Positions 40,527-51,096 of a stretch of 64,000 bases of DNA are shown here, piece by piece. How positions within the stretch are numbered: position 1 is the first letter of the stretch; each line of letters opens with the position of its first letter. The position numbers and the translations under genes were made by a program. The DNA is from Candidatus Bathyarchaeota archaeon (lineage in GTDB: Archaea > Thermoproteota > Bathyarchaeia > Bathyarchaeales > Bathycorpusculaceae). The stretch is from assembly GCA_963826715.1 (NCBI GenBank), contig CAWGYA010000002.1, forward strand, positions 64,001 to 128,000. The letters run 5' to 3'. The notes under the pieces are model-generated. The model saw nothing but the letters and a program-made list of their open reading frames with translations. It was not told where the DNA came from and did not search any database.

Positions 40527-40850
40527 TTTCCAGCTATTTCTAACCACAAAAAAACATCTAATTTTTAAAAAAGATAGCGATTGTGGTAGTGTCGGTACAG
40601 TCACATAATTTTAAATTTTTTTCTAATTGATTATTGTGATGTGTATCAGAGCTGGTAAAAATGGCAATAACTTTGCATATCAAGGGTTTGCAAAAGAATG
40701 AGCCATTACCCAGAGGATGCACTGATTTTTTTATTGGCTGGCCTAAAAGGTTTGGAAACACAATGCACCTTTTTATGTTCCATCGAACAGGAAAAAGCAC
40801 ACAAACCTTCAAGCCAACCACCCAACCTCTCAAAAAAGGAGAAAAATAAA

Positions 40851-41144
40851 GTGCCAACAGCGTTTATCCTTTTAAACACAGAAATTGGAGCTGAAAACCA
40901 AGTACTTAAAAATCTAAAAGGAATCGAAGGTGTCGAGCAAGTCTACAACCTCTGGGGTGTGTATGACATAATTGCCCATGTTAAAGCGGATAATTTAGAT
41001 AAACTTAAATCCATTATCACCGATCAAATAGAAAAAATTGGAAAAATAAACTCTAAGTTGACCATGATAATTACTGAACAGAAACCTCATATTATAACCA
41101 ACCAATTGGTTTTTGGACCAGATCAAATAGTGCAGACAGCTTAA
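40851..41144 (+). CDS. stand-alone Lrp/AsnC RAM domain protein
   Basis: GTG start after AAGGAG; PTAFILLNTEIG...LWGVYDII. Confidence 0.85.
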   Translation: MPTAFILLNTEIGAENQVLKNLKGIEGVEQVYNLWGVYDIIAHVKADNLDKLKSIITDQIEKIGKINSKLTMIITEQKPHIITNQLVFGPDQIVQTA

Positions 41145-41196
41145 TTCTTTTAGGATTAATAATATTTTTTACCTTCAACCCCTTCCTTATTTTTAA

Positions 41197-42552
41197 TTGG
41201 AGCACTATCCCTTGACATCACAGCGAACAATGCATATTGGATTGGACGACACTGACTCAACCAAGGGTGGATGCACAACTTATCTCACAGCAGTTTTACT
41301 TGAGAAGCTAAAAAGTTTTAATGTAACCTTCACAGATTTTCCGCTGCTGGTGCGGCTAAACCCTAACGTCCCATGGAAAACCCGAGGCAATGGCGCATTA
41401 TGCTTGCGATTCACCTACCCCGCCGCTTTTGAAACTCAAATTAAAGAAACTGCACTTACGCTTTGGAAAAAGCATTCCGCTATAAACGAGAGGGGTACTG
41501 ATCCCGGCATCGTTTTTTTTCATGGCGCAGAAATCCCTGCTGAATTAACAGAATTCTCAAAACGTGCAGAAACAACCATTGTTACTCTTACAGAAGCGAA
41601 GAGTATAATTAAAAAATACAGCGCCCAAGCTTTTGGCTTTAACAGTTGCCGCGGCATCATTGGCGCCTTAGCTGCAGTGGGGGAACCTCTCAATTGCGAC
41701 CACACATATGAGCTAATTACTTATCGTATGCCCCAATACTTAGGTACCAAACGATGTGTTGACGATAAGTCGATTTTTGAGATGGATCAACAGACCCAGC
41801 CATACACCTTCAACAACGTCGACACGGATAAAACGCGTGTCATTATTACGCCACGTGGACCCGACCCTATTCTCTTCGGAATTAGAGGAGAGTCTCCAGA
41901 AATCGTCAAAAAGGCATTTGATATCGTTAAAACTTTGGAACCAGTCGAGCGTTGGTTGATTTTTCGCAGCAACCAAGGTACAGACGCTCACCTACTGCCT
42001 GTATCTCAGCTAAGTCAAATCACTCCGTACCATTCAGTCATTGCCAAAGGTATGGTCTCAAAACCTCCGCGATTGGTTCCAGTTCGCCATGTTATATTCT
42101 CCATTAAGGACTCTTCGGGTGAAGTGGATTGTGCTGCTTACGAACCAACTGGAGAACTGCGTAAGGTTGCAAAAGAACTTGAGGTCGGCGATATGATAGA
42201 AGTTATTGGAGCAGTACACAATTCCACTTTAACCACCCCCTTAACGATTAACCTTGAAAAAATCCGCATTATTACTCTTATACAGAAAACTCAAAGCCAA
42301 AATCCGCCCTGCCCTAAATGCGGGAAAAGGCTGAAATCAATGGGAAAAAACCAGGGCTTGCGCTGCGAACGCTGTAGTGAAAAATATCATACTCTAAAAA
42401 AAATGGAGATCTCAGTTTCGCGTTCACTTAAACCTGGTTTGTATCTTACTTCAACTCGCTCTCAACGACACTTAACAAAACCTCTTAGGCGTTATGGACA
42501 TGAAAAAATTTGTGCTGATTTTCACCTAATCCCGCAGTGGCATGTGCCTTGA
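41197..42552 (+). CDS. tiaS: tRNA(Ile2) agmatinylcytidine synthetase
   Basis: IGLDDTDS..GGCTTY, LVRLNPNVPWKTRGN, NQGTDAH, AYEPT, CPKCG, RHLTKP. Confidence 0.95.
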   Translation: MEHYPLTSQRTMHIGLDDTDSTKGGCTTYLTAVLLEKLKSFNVTFTDFPLLVRLNPNVPWKTRGNGALCLRFTYPAAFETQIKETALTLWKKHSAINERGTDPGIVFFHGAEIPAELTEFSKRAETTIVTLTEAKSIIKKYSAQAFGFNSCRGIIGALAAVGEPLNCDHTYELITYRMPQYLGTKRCVDDKSIFEMDQQTQPYTFNNVDTDKTRVIITPRGPDPILFGIRGESPEIVKKAFDIVKTLEPVERWLIFRSNQGTDAHLLPVSQLSQITPYHSVIAKGMVSKPPRLVPVRHVIFSIKDSSGEVDCAAYEPTGELRKVAKELEVGDMIEVIGAVHNSTLTTPLTINLEKIRIITLIQKTQSQNPPCPKCGKRLKSMGKNQGLRCERCSEKYHTLKKMEISVSRSLKPGLYLTSTRSQRHLTKPLRRYGHEKICADFHLIPQWHVP

Positions 42553-42781
42553 GTTGAGTTTCGCATCTTAAATGTTCTACCAAATTTACAGATTCGAAGG
42601 AGCATTGAACTTTAACCAATAACAAAAATTTTTATAGAAAACGATTGTTAAACGAAAACAAACTGGAAAAAATACTATGCAAACCGTAATTTATTGTCAG
42701 TGCAAAGGCGCCCCAACTTCTACTTTAATATCCTTAAAGTGGCTTAACCTCGAACCCCAAAAATATTAATCGGACATCAAT

Positions 42782-43060
42782 TTACTCATCGAGACTTTTT
42801 TGCTGTACCTCATAAAATTTTGCACTACACTCTTCAGAACAACATTGCACTTTGCGCCTTTTTGTGGTATGTTTTTCTGGTGCAATTAAGGAATCGGTAA
42901 CATTAGTTTTCAAACCTCTCAGTGATTTCTTGCAAGTGGGGCAAATTAGATTTCCATCTTTATCGAATTGGGCTCTTTCTACAATGTTTTTAGCGGGAAT
43001 TTCCTTTACTGCAGTTGCCTTAACAACTATTTTACTCTTAATTTTTCCTATTTTCGGCAT
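42782..43060 (-). CDS. small Zn-finger protein
   Basis: ATG 43060; CPTC ... CSEEC. Confidence 0.55.
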   Translation of the reverse strand: MPKIGKIKSKIVVKATAVKEIPAKNIVERAQFDKDGNLICPTCKKSLRGLKTNVTDSLIAPEKHTTKRRKVQCCSEECSAKFYEVQQKSLDE

Positions 43061-43220
43061 ATGAATTACACAATGACCTATGTTAAACGCAATATAAGTG
43101 TATAACAACAGCTGCGATTAATCCCAGGGGGAATCCTTCATAAAAACGCTACTACTTATATTGAACATATCAAAAACAGCTCAAAGAAAGACTTCTGTTT
43201 AGTAACCCGATCCAACTATA

Positions 43221-43466
43221 TTAAGAACTATTTTTGGAACGTTCCCTAAAAGCAGATGGAATTATTTCTCTCTCAAGTAACGCGTATGCGCTAATGCCCC
43301 TTCTTTCAGAATTCGTCTGAGGTAATGCAACAATATTAGAGAACTTTATTACCCATCCTTCTTGAGCTAATTCGTTTATTTCCTTTTGAAACTTTGATTT
43401 AACTGATGTTCCAAAAGCAAATTCCCCTGAGTTATCTTCCCAATAAACTACTTTATATTCATTCAT
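43221..43466 (-). CDS. DUF4177-like small protein
   Basis: MNEYKVV...INELAQEGW...LLERE. Confidence 0.65.
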   Translation of the reverse strand: MNEYKVVYWEDNSGEFAFGTSVKSKFQKEINELAQEGWVIKFSNIVALPQTNSERRGISAYALLEREIIPSAFRERSKNSS

Positions 43467-43659
43467 ATTAGAAGCCACAACCGGTCTGTGTTTAATACAA
43501 TATAATACTTTGGTACTAATGAAGGTAAACCTGGCTATCAAATTAGTTTTTTTATAGAATTAGAATTATATTCATTCTCTCAGAGAACACATTGAATTAT
43601 GAAAAAAATATAACAACACAGAAATGCATGCCTGATACACTATTATTGAAGGAAAATTT

Positions 43660-43779
43660 GTGAAACAAAATAGTAGATATTTTGATTCGCCTAATTGTAG
43701 AGGCTGTATGTATAAAGGAAGTAGTTATTGTTGGGGACAATGCTCACTAAATATCTGGAAAAAAGATAGAGAGTATTGA
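43660..43779 (+). CDS. Cys-rich microprotein (39 aa)
   Basis: GAAGGA RBS, GTG; MKQNSRYFDSPNCRGCMYTruncated-free sequence MKQNSRYFDSPNCRGCMYKGSSYCWGQCSLNIWKKDREY; stop overlaps the next start (TTGA). Confidence 0.55.
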   Translation: MKQNSRYFDSPNCRGCMYKGSSYCWGQCSLNIWKKDREY

Positions 43780-44120
43780 TTATTTTGGAATTAAATACAG
43801 AATTATTAAAGTGCTACACCCTTGTAGTAAAAGTCGTAAATTTTAAAGAAAACATGCCAATCGAAAACGTCAATGTAAAAATATTCAGGTTAGAAAATTC
43901 AATAACACTTGAGCAATGGGCTGAAAATCTCAAAAATGGGACGCCATTTAAAGAATTAGTCCTTTCGATGAATACTGATAAAAAGGGTACCGTAACTGGC
44001 AAGCTTTCTGAGGGCACCTATCAAGCAAAAGTAGAAAGATACCAATTCTCTAAAGATTTAATTTTAACTAAAAATGTTGAAGTCCTCGTTATTGAACCCA
44101 AAAAGCTTTGGTGGAAGTAA
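43776..44120 (+). CDS. carboxypeptidase-regulatory/transthyretin-like beta-sandwich protein
   Basis: PIENVNVKI...TDKKG.....L.EGTY.AKVE. Confidence 0.6.
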   Translation: MIILELNTELLKCYTLVVKVVNFKENMPIENVNVKIFRLENSITLEQWAENLKNGTPFKELVLSMNTDKKGTVTGKLSEGTYQAKVERYQFSKDLILTKNVEVLVIEPKKLWWK

Positions 44121-44467
44121 TTCAATACAAGCCTATAATTCTTTTCGAAAAAATTTTTCGTTGAATCGATATTTACTAAAGTAAAAATCGGTTTAACATA
44201 AAATAAAAGTCGAGGGCAAACATCGCTCGTTTTTGGATAACATATAATTAACTGCCTTTAGACTTGAAAATCCTGTCTGGTCCGTATTTCTTCTGAGACT
44301 TAAAACTCAAAATTTGTATGTCACCGCTAAGCAATAGTGAAACATCTAAAAGAAATTAATGCGCTAGTTTGAGGGGGCTAATCAACCCTTATTTCATGCT
44401 TAGCTTTAAATCCGTGAATCCCATAAACCCTTTTTTAACAAATCAAATTTCAGCAAGATGACCTGTC

Positions 44468-47272
44468 ATGGTTGAAAAAACGTTCTCTAAAGAAGCCTAT
44501 CAGCTTCCATTCTTCAAAGAAGAAGGCTTTGTACGCAAGCATTGTCCAAGATGCGGCGAATGGTTTTGGACGCAAAATCAGAAGCAGGAAACCTGCGGTG
44601 AATCTGGAAGCGACGAATGCGGTTGCTACAGTTTCTTAGGTAACCCTGCCACCAAAAAGAAGTTCACTCTCTCCGAAATGCGCGAAGCATTCCTCAAGTT
44701 CTTTGAAGAAAACGGGCACACACGCATTAAGCCCTATCCTGTGGTGGCAAGGTGGCGCAAAGACATTTACCTCACACACGCTAGCATCATCGATTTCCAA
44801 CCATACGTAACCGAAGGCATCTCGCCACCTCCAGCAAATCCATTGGTGATTTCTCAACCATCAATCAGATTAACAGACATCTCTAATACTGGACCGACCT
44901 TTGGGAGGCATTTAACCATCTTTGAAATGGGCGGCGCTCACGCATTCAATTATCCTGATAAAGAGGTTTACTGGAAGGACGATACTGTACGTTTTCACCA
45001 GCGTTTCTGCACTGAAACCTTAGGCATCCCATCGGATGAGATCATCTATAAGGAGGGAGTTTGGGTAGGAGGCGGCAACGCGGGCCCCGATGTGGAATGT
45101 ATTGTCCGCGGACTTGAGGTGGGTACATTAGTTTTTATGCAATACAAGGTAGTAGGCAACGACTTCATCGAATTACCGATCCGCACAGTTGATACCGGCT
45201 ATGGAATTGACCGCTTCACATGGATAAGTCAAGGTGTTCCGAGCCTGTTTCAGGCAATTTATGGCAACCTACTCGACAAAGTCATGTCAATGGCAGGTAT
45301 AACAAACATAGATAATGACTTTCTGACAAGAGTAGCCAAATATTCGGGTCTTGTAAGCGTAGATAAACGTGCCAACCGCATGGTTGCTCGAAATCGCGTA
45401 AGTGAACTAACAGGCATTGATCTAGCGACACTTGAGCGGGAACTGGTTCCCATAGAGAATGCGTGGGCAGTCACTGACCACACCAAAACTCTGAGCTTCC
45501 TACTCTCTGAAGGCGTAGTACCATCCAACATACAAGAAGGCTATCTCGCCAGGTTGCTTTACCGACGCGTCTTCCGTCTCATGCGCACACTAAACATTCA
45601 ACCCGACCAACTATACAGTATCATAGAAATGCAGGCGGATTTCTGGAAAGAAGATTTTCCCCGTGTGAAAGAGATGAAAGGCGAAATCATCGAAATGCTC
45701 AAGGTCGAAGAGGAAAAATTCAAAGATACTCTTCAGCGAGGCGAAGGATTGGTGAAACGAATCGCCGCCACCCTCAAAAGCAAAGGAACAACCAAACTTT
45801 CAGAAGAGACACTAGCCGAATTGTACGATTCCCAAGGATTACCACCTGAAATCGTGAAGCAAGCCGCTGAAAATGAGGGTATAACAGTTGAGGTGCCTGA
45901 GAATTTCTACACACTAGTCGCAAACCGCCATATGGCAGCTTCCAAACCAGTTGAGGAAGAAGAATCCCAAGCTGATGAGGCCCTTGAAAAAGCGGTTGAG
46001 CATCTTCCAGCAACCGAACCGCTTTACTACGCAGACGTTTACAAGCGAGAGTTCAATGCTAAGGTTCTAAAAATCATAGACGGAGGCAAAGTTGTTTTGG
46101 ATAGTTCATGTTTCTATCCGGAAGGCGGTGGACAACCCTGCGATCACGGCTGGATAATTAGCGGCGATGACAAATTCTACGTAACTGATGTGCTGAAAAT
46201 CGGCAAAGTAATCGTGCACAAACTCAAAGAACCAGCCTCATTCATTGAAGGCAACATAGTTCACGGCAGTCTGGATTGGGAACGTCGCTACCAACTTATG
46301 AAATCCCACACTGTCACCCACCTCATCAATGGAGCTGCAAGACGTGTCCTGGGTGAACATGTCTGGCAGTCAGGCACACAGAAGGGCATTGAAACCTCAC
46401 GCCTTGACATCTCGCACTATCGACGCTTAAGTCAAGACGAAATCCACAAAATCGAAACACTAGCTAACCAAGCCATCGGCACCAACATGAAAGTTGAAAC
46501 CTCATGGCTACCCCGCAATGAGGCGGAGGCACGGTATGGATTCCGTCTTTATCAGGGTGGCGCAGTACCGGGAAAAGACATCCGAGTCGTAAAAACAGGC
46601 GACTGGGACGTTGAAGCATGCGCGGGCACACATTTGGGCACAACCGGTGAAGTTGGATTTGTTAAAATCGTCTATACCGAGAGGGTGCAAGATGGCGTGG
46701 AGCGACTCGGCTATGCAGTAGGGCTTAAAGCGCTCAGAGCAGTTCAGGATCAAGAAAGTCTACTTGCGCGGGTTTCAGAAGTTCTAAACTCACCGATAAA
46801 TAAGCTTGATAAAACTGCTGAAAAAGTTGTCAGGGAACTCAAAGAAACTCAGGTGGAGAAACGCAGGTTAATCAAAGAAATTGCTGAAAAAGAAAGCGCT
46901 GCATTGTCTCAAACTTCTCAGTCTTCAGAAGAAGTTAATGGGATAACAATTTTGAGTCGAGATTTTGGTGAAGTTATCGATGTAAACCGCATGCTTCAGA
47001 CTGCGTCGGAAGTCATCAAACGCAACCCTGCAGCTGTCACTGTGTATTTTGGCTGCGACAGCAAAACCTGCCGCATCTTAATGATGGCAGGTGAGGAGGC
47101 AGTTCAAAAGGGTGTCAATTGCGGCGCCACAATTAAGGAGGTCTCTCCCTTAATAGGCGGTGGTGGCGGTGGACGTCTTAATTTCGCTCAAGGTGGTGGA
47201 ACCGTGTGCCACAAACTATCAGGTGCGGTGCAATCAGCGCAAGAGTCAGTAAAAAGGCAACTCCAAAACTAA
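44468..47272 (+). CDS. alaS: alanyl-tRNA synthetase (archaeal type)
   Basis: N-terminal Zn motif, YPVVARWR, DTGYGIDR, editing HTVTH/CAGTH, GGGGG..FAQGG. Confidence 0.97.
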   Translation: MVEKTFSKEAYQLPFFKEEGFVRKHCPRCGEWFWTQNQKQETCGESGSDECGCYSFLGNPATKKKFTLSEMREAFLKFFEENGHTRIKPYPVVARWRKDIYLTHASIIDFQPYVTEGISPPPANPLVISQPSIRLTDISNTGPTFGRHLTIFEMGGAHAFNYPDKEVYWKDDTVRFHQRFCTETLGIPSDEIIYKEGVWVGGGNAGPDVECIVRGLEVGTLVFMQYKVVGNDFIELPIRTVDTGYGIDRFTWISQGVPSLFQAIYGNLLDKVMSMAGITNIDNDFLTRVAKYSGLVSVDKRANRMVARNRVSELTGIDLATLERELVPIENAWAVTDHTKTLSFLLSEGVVPSNIQEGYLARLLYRRVFRLMRTLNIQPDQLYSIIEMQADFWKEDFPRVKEMKGEIIEMLKVEEEKFKDTLQRGEGLVKRIAATLKSKGTTKLSEETLAELYDSQGLPPEIVKQAAENEGITVEVPENFYTLVANRHMAASKPVEEEESQADEALEKAVEHLPATEPLYYADVYKREFNAKVLKIIDGGKVVLDSSCFYPEGGGQPCDHGWIISGDDKFYVTDVLKIGKVIVHKLKEPASFIEGNIVHGSLDWERRYQLMKSHTVTHLINGAARRVLGEHVWQSGTQKGIETSRLDISHYRRLSQDEIHKIETLANQAIGTNMKVETSWLPRNEAEARYGFRLYQGGAVPGKDIRVVKTGDWDVEACAGTHLGTTGEVGFVKIVYTERVQDGVERLGYAVGLKALRAVQDQESLLARVSEVLNSPINKLDKTAEKVVRELKETQVEKRRLIKEIAEKESAALSQTSQSSEEVNGITILSRDFGEVIDVNRMLQTASEVIKRNPAAVTVYFGCDSKTCRILMMAGEEAVQKGVNCGATIKEVSPLIGGGGGGRLNFAQGGGTVCHKLSGAVQSAQESVKRQLQN

Positions 47273-47344
47273 CCCTTTTTCTTTTAAGTTAAGGATTCTT
47301 TTTATATGGTTCCACAATAAGATCTATGAAGGGGTGAGTTCTGA

Positions 47345-47680
47345 ATGGATGCATTCAAAACAATTGTTGTTATAAGCATATTAATTGCAGTAATAGCCGT
47401 TGGCTTTATAGCAATTGTTGCAAACGATGCTATCAAGGGAGCAAAAATTCCCGATGGTGAATACGGTATTATCGCTGACAAAGGGCAAACAGTAGAAAAC
47501 ATCCCAGTTAATTATTATGTAGCTCTCACTAACGGAAAAAGACTTTACATTCCTATGAACACTACATTGTACAATAGTCTACAAATTAACAAAAGCTACC
47601 TCTTCAATTGTCGCATAGACTATACAAACCAGAGGATTTTAATCGATAGTGCATACCAGCAGAACAGAACTGCCCCATAA
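47345..47680 (+). CDS. membrane-anchored hypothetical protein
   Basis: N-terminal TM helix, beta-rich remainder. Confidence 0.6.
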   Translation: MDAFKTIVVISILIAVIAVGFIAIVANDAIKGAKIPDGEYGIIADKGQTVENIPVNYYVALTNGKRLYIPMNTTLYNSLQINKSYLFNCRIDYTNQRILIDSAYQQNRTAP

Positions 47681-48536
47681 AAAAATTTTAAAATAGAAAA
47701 AGGTGTTTGTTTAGTTTAATTTGTAGTTCAGGCAATAAATTCAAAAGAAATTAGAGAAGAGATAAACTTTAAGTTTTTAACAAACAAAACTGTAGTATCC
47801 ATATTTAATTCGGCTGAAATTTAAGACATTCTGGATAATACTTATCTTACGGGAAACACCAGATTTTTATAAAAAAAGATAAAAATTATCATAAAATTAA
47901 TCATAAGAACAATATTTTATTAAAAATAATAAATTTAAAATCTAAAAAGAAGGAAATTTAATAATTAACTAATTATTAATATGAAATGAGAGATTTTTCA
48001 AAGTGAAAAAAATCAATAGTAGATGTGGGCGAAGATTTTGAAGTAATTAATTATGAATTGTGTCCCCCGCGTGTATTAGGTAGGCAGATTTTTAGTTGTT
48101 AAAAAATTGTTGATTAAGACGTAATAACTTGGATAATTTTTGACAAGCTAGTATTTGGCTTAAATTCCCAAGGAAGTGCGTTGAATAATGGGAAGTGGAA
48201 GGCAATATGAATAAGGATCAAAGATAGTTTGATTGTGAAGGAGGGCGATTAAAATAAAAAGTAAAACAAAAAATAAGCCGAAAAATGAAAAACAAACAAA
48301 CCAAACAAAAAACAAAGGAAAAAAAGAATGGAAGCAGAGGTAAGAAGGCAACTAATGACATAGCACGCCAAATTTGGCGTCTTTTGATTCCAATCATATC
48401 CGTCAAGATGGTTTCTAAGCAAGAACTGTTCTCCATTATTTCGTTCTATATGTAATAAGTACTTCAATTAACAACGAAAGGTTAAATCCCAACTCAGCCA
48501 TAAAGTAGCATAAGAAAGTTAACAGGATATGAAATT

Positions 48537-48851
48537 ATGGATTTACCCGCCGAACTTAAGAACCTTCAGGGAAAGCGTTTGACAACACTCTACCAAAACA
48601 AGCCCTTTGAAATCACACAAATTTCAAGTAATCAAATAATTCTTAAAACCTCAACAAAGACTCAACATCCTATACCACTCCAAGAAATAGAAAGGGCATG
48701 GAAGTATTTACAAAAATATAAAAAACTTTCAAGGTCTCAAGTTGGGAATTTAGGTTTTTCCGAAACTAACCCAGCCTATGTTGTTGCTATCCTTGCAAAT
48801 TTACCTGGTGTAAAGTACAGCCTAAGTCCAATTATTCTAAAACTCAATTGA
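48537..48851 (+). CDS. hypothetical protein
   Basis: Clean 104-aa ORF with upstream purine-rich RBS. Confidence 0.6.
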   Translation: MDLPAELKNLQGKRLTTLYQNKPFEITQISSNQIILKTSTKTQHPIPLQEIERAWKYLQKYKKLSRSQVGNLGFSETNPAYVVAILANLPGVKYSLSPIILKLN

Positions 48852-48962
48852 TAACGTCAAAGGCATCCTACTTTTAAGACATTTAGTCTAAAATTTTCTT
48901 GAAATTTGTTTCAGGCAACTACCACAACTAGCCACGCACATATAAGTAGATGGTGTTAAAAC

Positions 48963-49265
48963 ATGACTGACACAAAAATAATATCCGACTCGTCGCAGTT
49001 ACAGCGCTTACCATAGCCACAATAGAAATGACAATAGCCCAAATAGATCAAAACCAAACTGTCCCGGAGCAGACCACAACGCTGTTCCTGCTGAGGATTT
49101 TGGGTCTGGATAATCTACTGCTTTAGATATGTAGCAAACCAAGCCTACGCAGACCAGTATGGTGCGCTTAAAGCACCAACAGACAGCTCTAGCTCACGAG
49201 AACCCTATAAAAGCGGCTACGGCTACGCGTATGGGTACGGCTATGGACCCTGTTGGGCAAGATAA
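48963..49265 (+). pseudogene. degraded secreted Gly/Tyr-rich protein gene
   Basis: Frameshifted signal-like start, internal stops, terminal GYGYAYGYGYGPCWAR* followed by a T-run. Confidence 0.4.
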
Positions 49266-49285
49266 ACAACCAACTTTTTTTGATT

Positions 49286-49600
49286 TTAGCAACTAACTAA
49301 TAGCGGAATTACAGCTCTAAGCTCAACAAAATACTCCTTAAGAACCATTTTACCCTGTCGAGTGATTCTATATTGTTTGCAAGCCCTCTTCAAACCCACC
49401 TCCCATCTAGACTCAATAAGACCCCTCTTTTCCAAACAATTAAGCTCAGGATATAGTGAAGATGACCCAAGCCGTACCCCATACTTTCGATGAATCATTT
49501 TTAAAAGCCCATAACCATGCAATCCCCTATCAGAAGCTTCGTTTATGAAATTAAGCAAAATACTTTCAAGAACTGCTCCATGAAAAATGTTTTTATTCAA
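49286..49600 (-). CDS. PadR family regulator
   Basis: LHGYGL...SSLYPEL..LEKRGLI...Y.IT..G. Confidence 0.85.
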   Translation of the reverse strand: MNKNIFHGAVLESILLNFINEASDRGLHGYGLLKMIHRKYGVRLGSSSLYPELNCLEKRGLIESRWEVGLKRACKQYRITRQGKMVLKEYFVELRAVIPLLVSC

Positions 49601-50382
49601 TTTTTTTCAACCTCAAAGCTTTCTCCTTCTTCAATATACAAGAAGGAAGATATACGATATAAGAAAATGCTGTAGGCTCAACCCTACTACAAGCTAAACA
49701 CTTTTTTGGCGACCTATCGATTTTGAGTGCAAAAATTCAACCGCATTGTCAAAAACTGCATTTATTACGAGTCAATATTATATGATTGATTTGCCACAAT
49801 ATTCACCAACCAAGACAAAAACAGGGAAATCGAAAATTAATTTCTTCCTTGGAGATCTTATTTTGGTTAACGACGTAGGTATTATTGTAAACACCCCTTT
49901 TTTCCCACAACCCAAACAAGCAATTTTGAAAAAGTTGGCTTTGAAATAAATCACTATAAGTGCAAAAAAGGCTTGAATAAATAACGTGGGAAGTTATTCT
50001 AAGGTTAAAGAAAGTCTAATGTTTAATGACTTGAAAATTTATAGTAAAAAAAAAGGAGAATGTGAAAAAAATTCAAAAGAAAAAAGTATTTTCAAACTTT
50101 GAATACCTCTATGGAAGATATTTTACAATTTTTGAGATTTTAGAACGGTGGAATCTATAGAGGCTTGATAAAGATTTTAAAAACGTATTTTGTGTTTTTG
50201 TGTTGAACAGTTTAGTTTGGGCATATTCTTTGAGTCATAATATGGTTTTTTGCATACTATTCCATGAGTTTTTGTGTATCTATGTTCTACAAATGAAGTT
50301 TTGGTATGCATAGGGTATGTAAAAGCCTTTAACTAGTAAAATAGCAATAAATAAGACATAAGACTTAACAGGAGAAATTGAT

Positions 50383-50748
50383 ATGAACACCAAAAACCAA
50401 AAAGAAGCCCAAACAAAACTTGCAAAAGGCTTACTAGATATGATAATCCTACAACACCTAGAAAAACAAGGCATGCACGGTTACCAACTAATCACAAATA
50501 TACGCAAAGGTTTCGGCGTCTACTTCGGCCCCAGTACAATTTACCCGCTGCTTAGTTTGTTAGAAAAAAAAGGCCATATCCAAAGCGCATGGAACATGAC
50601 CTCTGAGAGACCCCGCAAAGTCTATACCCTAACAGAACAGGGAAAAAACCTCCTGAAATTTACAGAAAACTCCTTGCTCATGATCTGTCAAAAAATAAGC
50701 CCAGAACTAACTGTAAAAGCCCAAATGCCAGAACTAATTGTGGCATAA
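50383..50748 (+). CDS. PadR family regulator
   Basis: MHGYQLI...GPSTIYPLL..LEKKG...RPRKVY.LT..G. Confidence 0.9.
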   Translation: MNTKNQKEAQTKLAKGLLDMIILQHLEKQGMHGYQLITNIRKGFGVYFGPSTIYPLLSLLEKKGHIQSAWNMTSERPRKVYTLTEQGKNLLKFTENSLLMICQKISPELTVKAQMPELIVA

Positions 50749-50846
50749 TAACTATTTGTGTTTGAGGATAATTTCCTCATTTTACCTTTTTTAGAGGCAA
50801 GAGAAATAAAACTTTGAAAGAGTATGTTTTTAAAGATTAATTTAAG

Positions 50847-50972
50847 TCATCTGGACTTTTGTCTTTCAAGCCTTGCAGACTTTTTCTCTTTACGTTTTGT
50901 ATCTCTATCCTTTTTCTTCTGAGGCTGAGGTTTTGATCGATCCTGCTCGCCTGTTTCTCCTTTCTTACTCAT
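50847..50972 (-). CDS. highly basic microprotein (41 aa)
   Basis: GAAGGAG RBS; MSKKGETGEQDRSKPQPQKKKDRDTKRKEKKSARLERQKSR. Confidence 0.55.
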   Translation of the reverse strand: MSKKGETGEQDRSKPQPQKKKDRDTKRKEKKSARLERQKSR

Positions 50973-51096
50973 GCGACAATCTCCTTCAATACAAGTAACA
51001 CTACTCTTCTTTGTAAAACTGTTGGTTGCTATTAGCCAACTAAATTTATAAAAAAAATTGTTTTTGGAATTAGTTTGGGTTGATGAAAAACAAGAG

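Noticed and set aside
48160-48467. Phe-rich ORFs
   Set aside because: Products of A-tract low-complexity sequence
50095-50165. CTCTATGGAA / TCTATAGAG as possible ORB elements
   Set aside because: Poor match, no G-string, no adjacent cdc6/orc1
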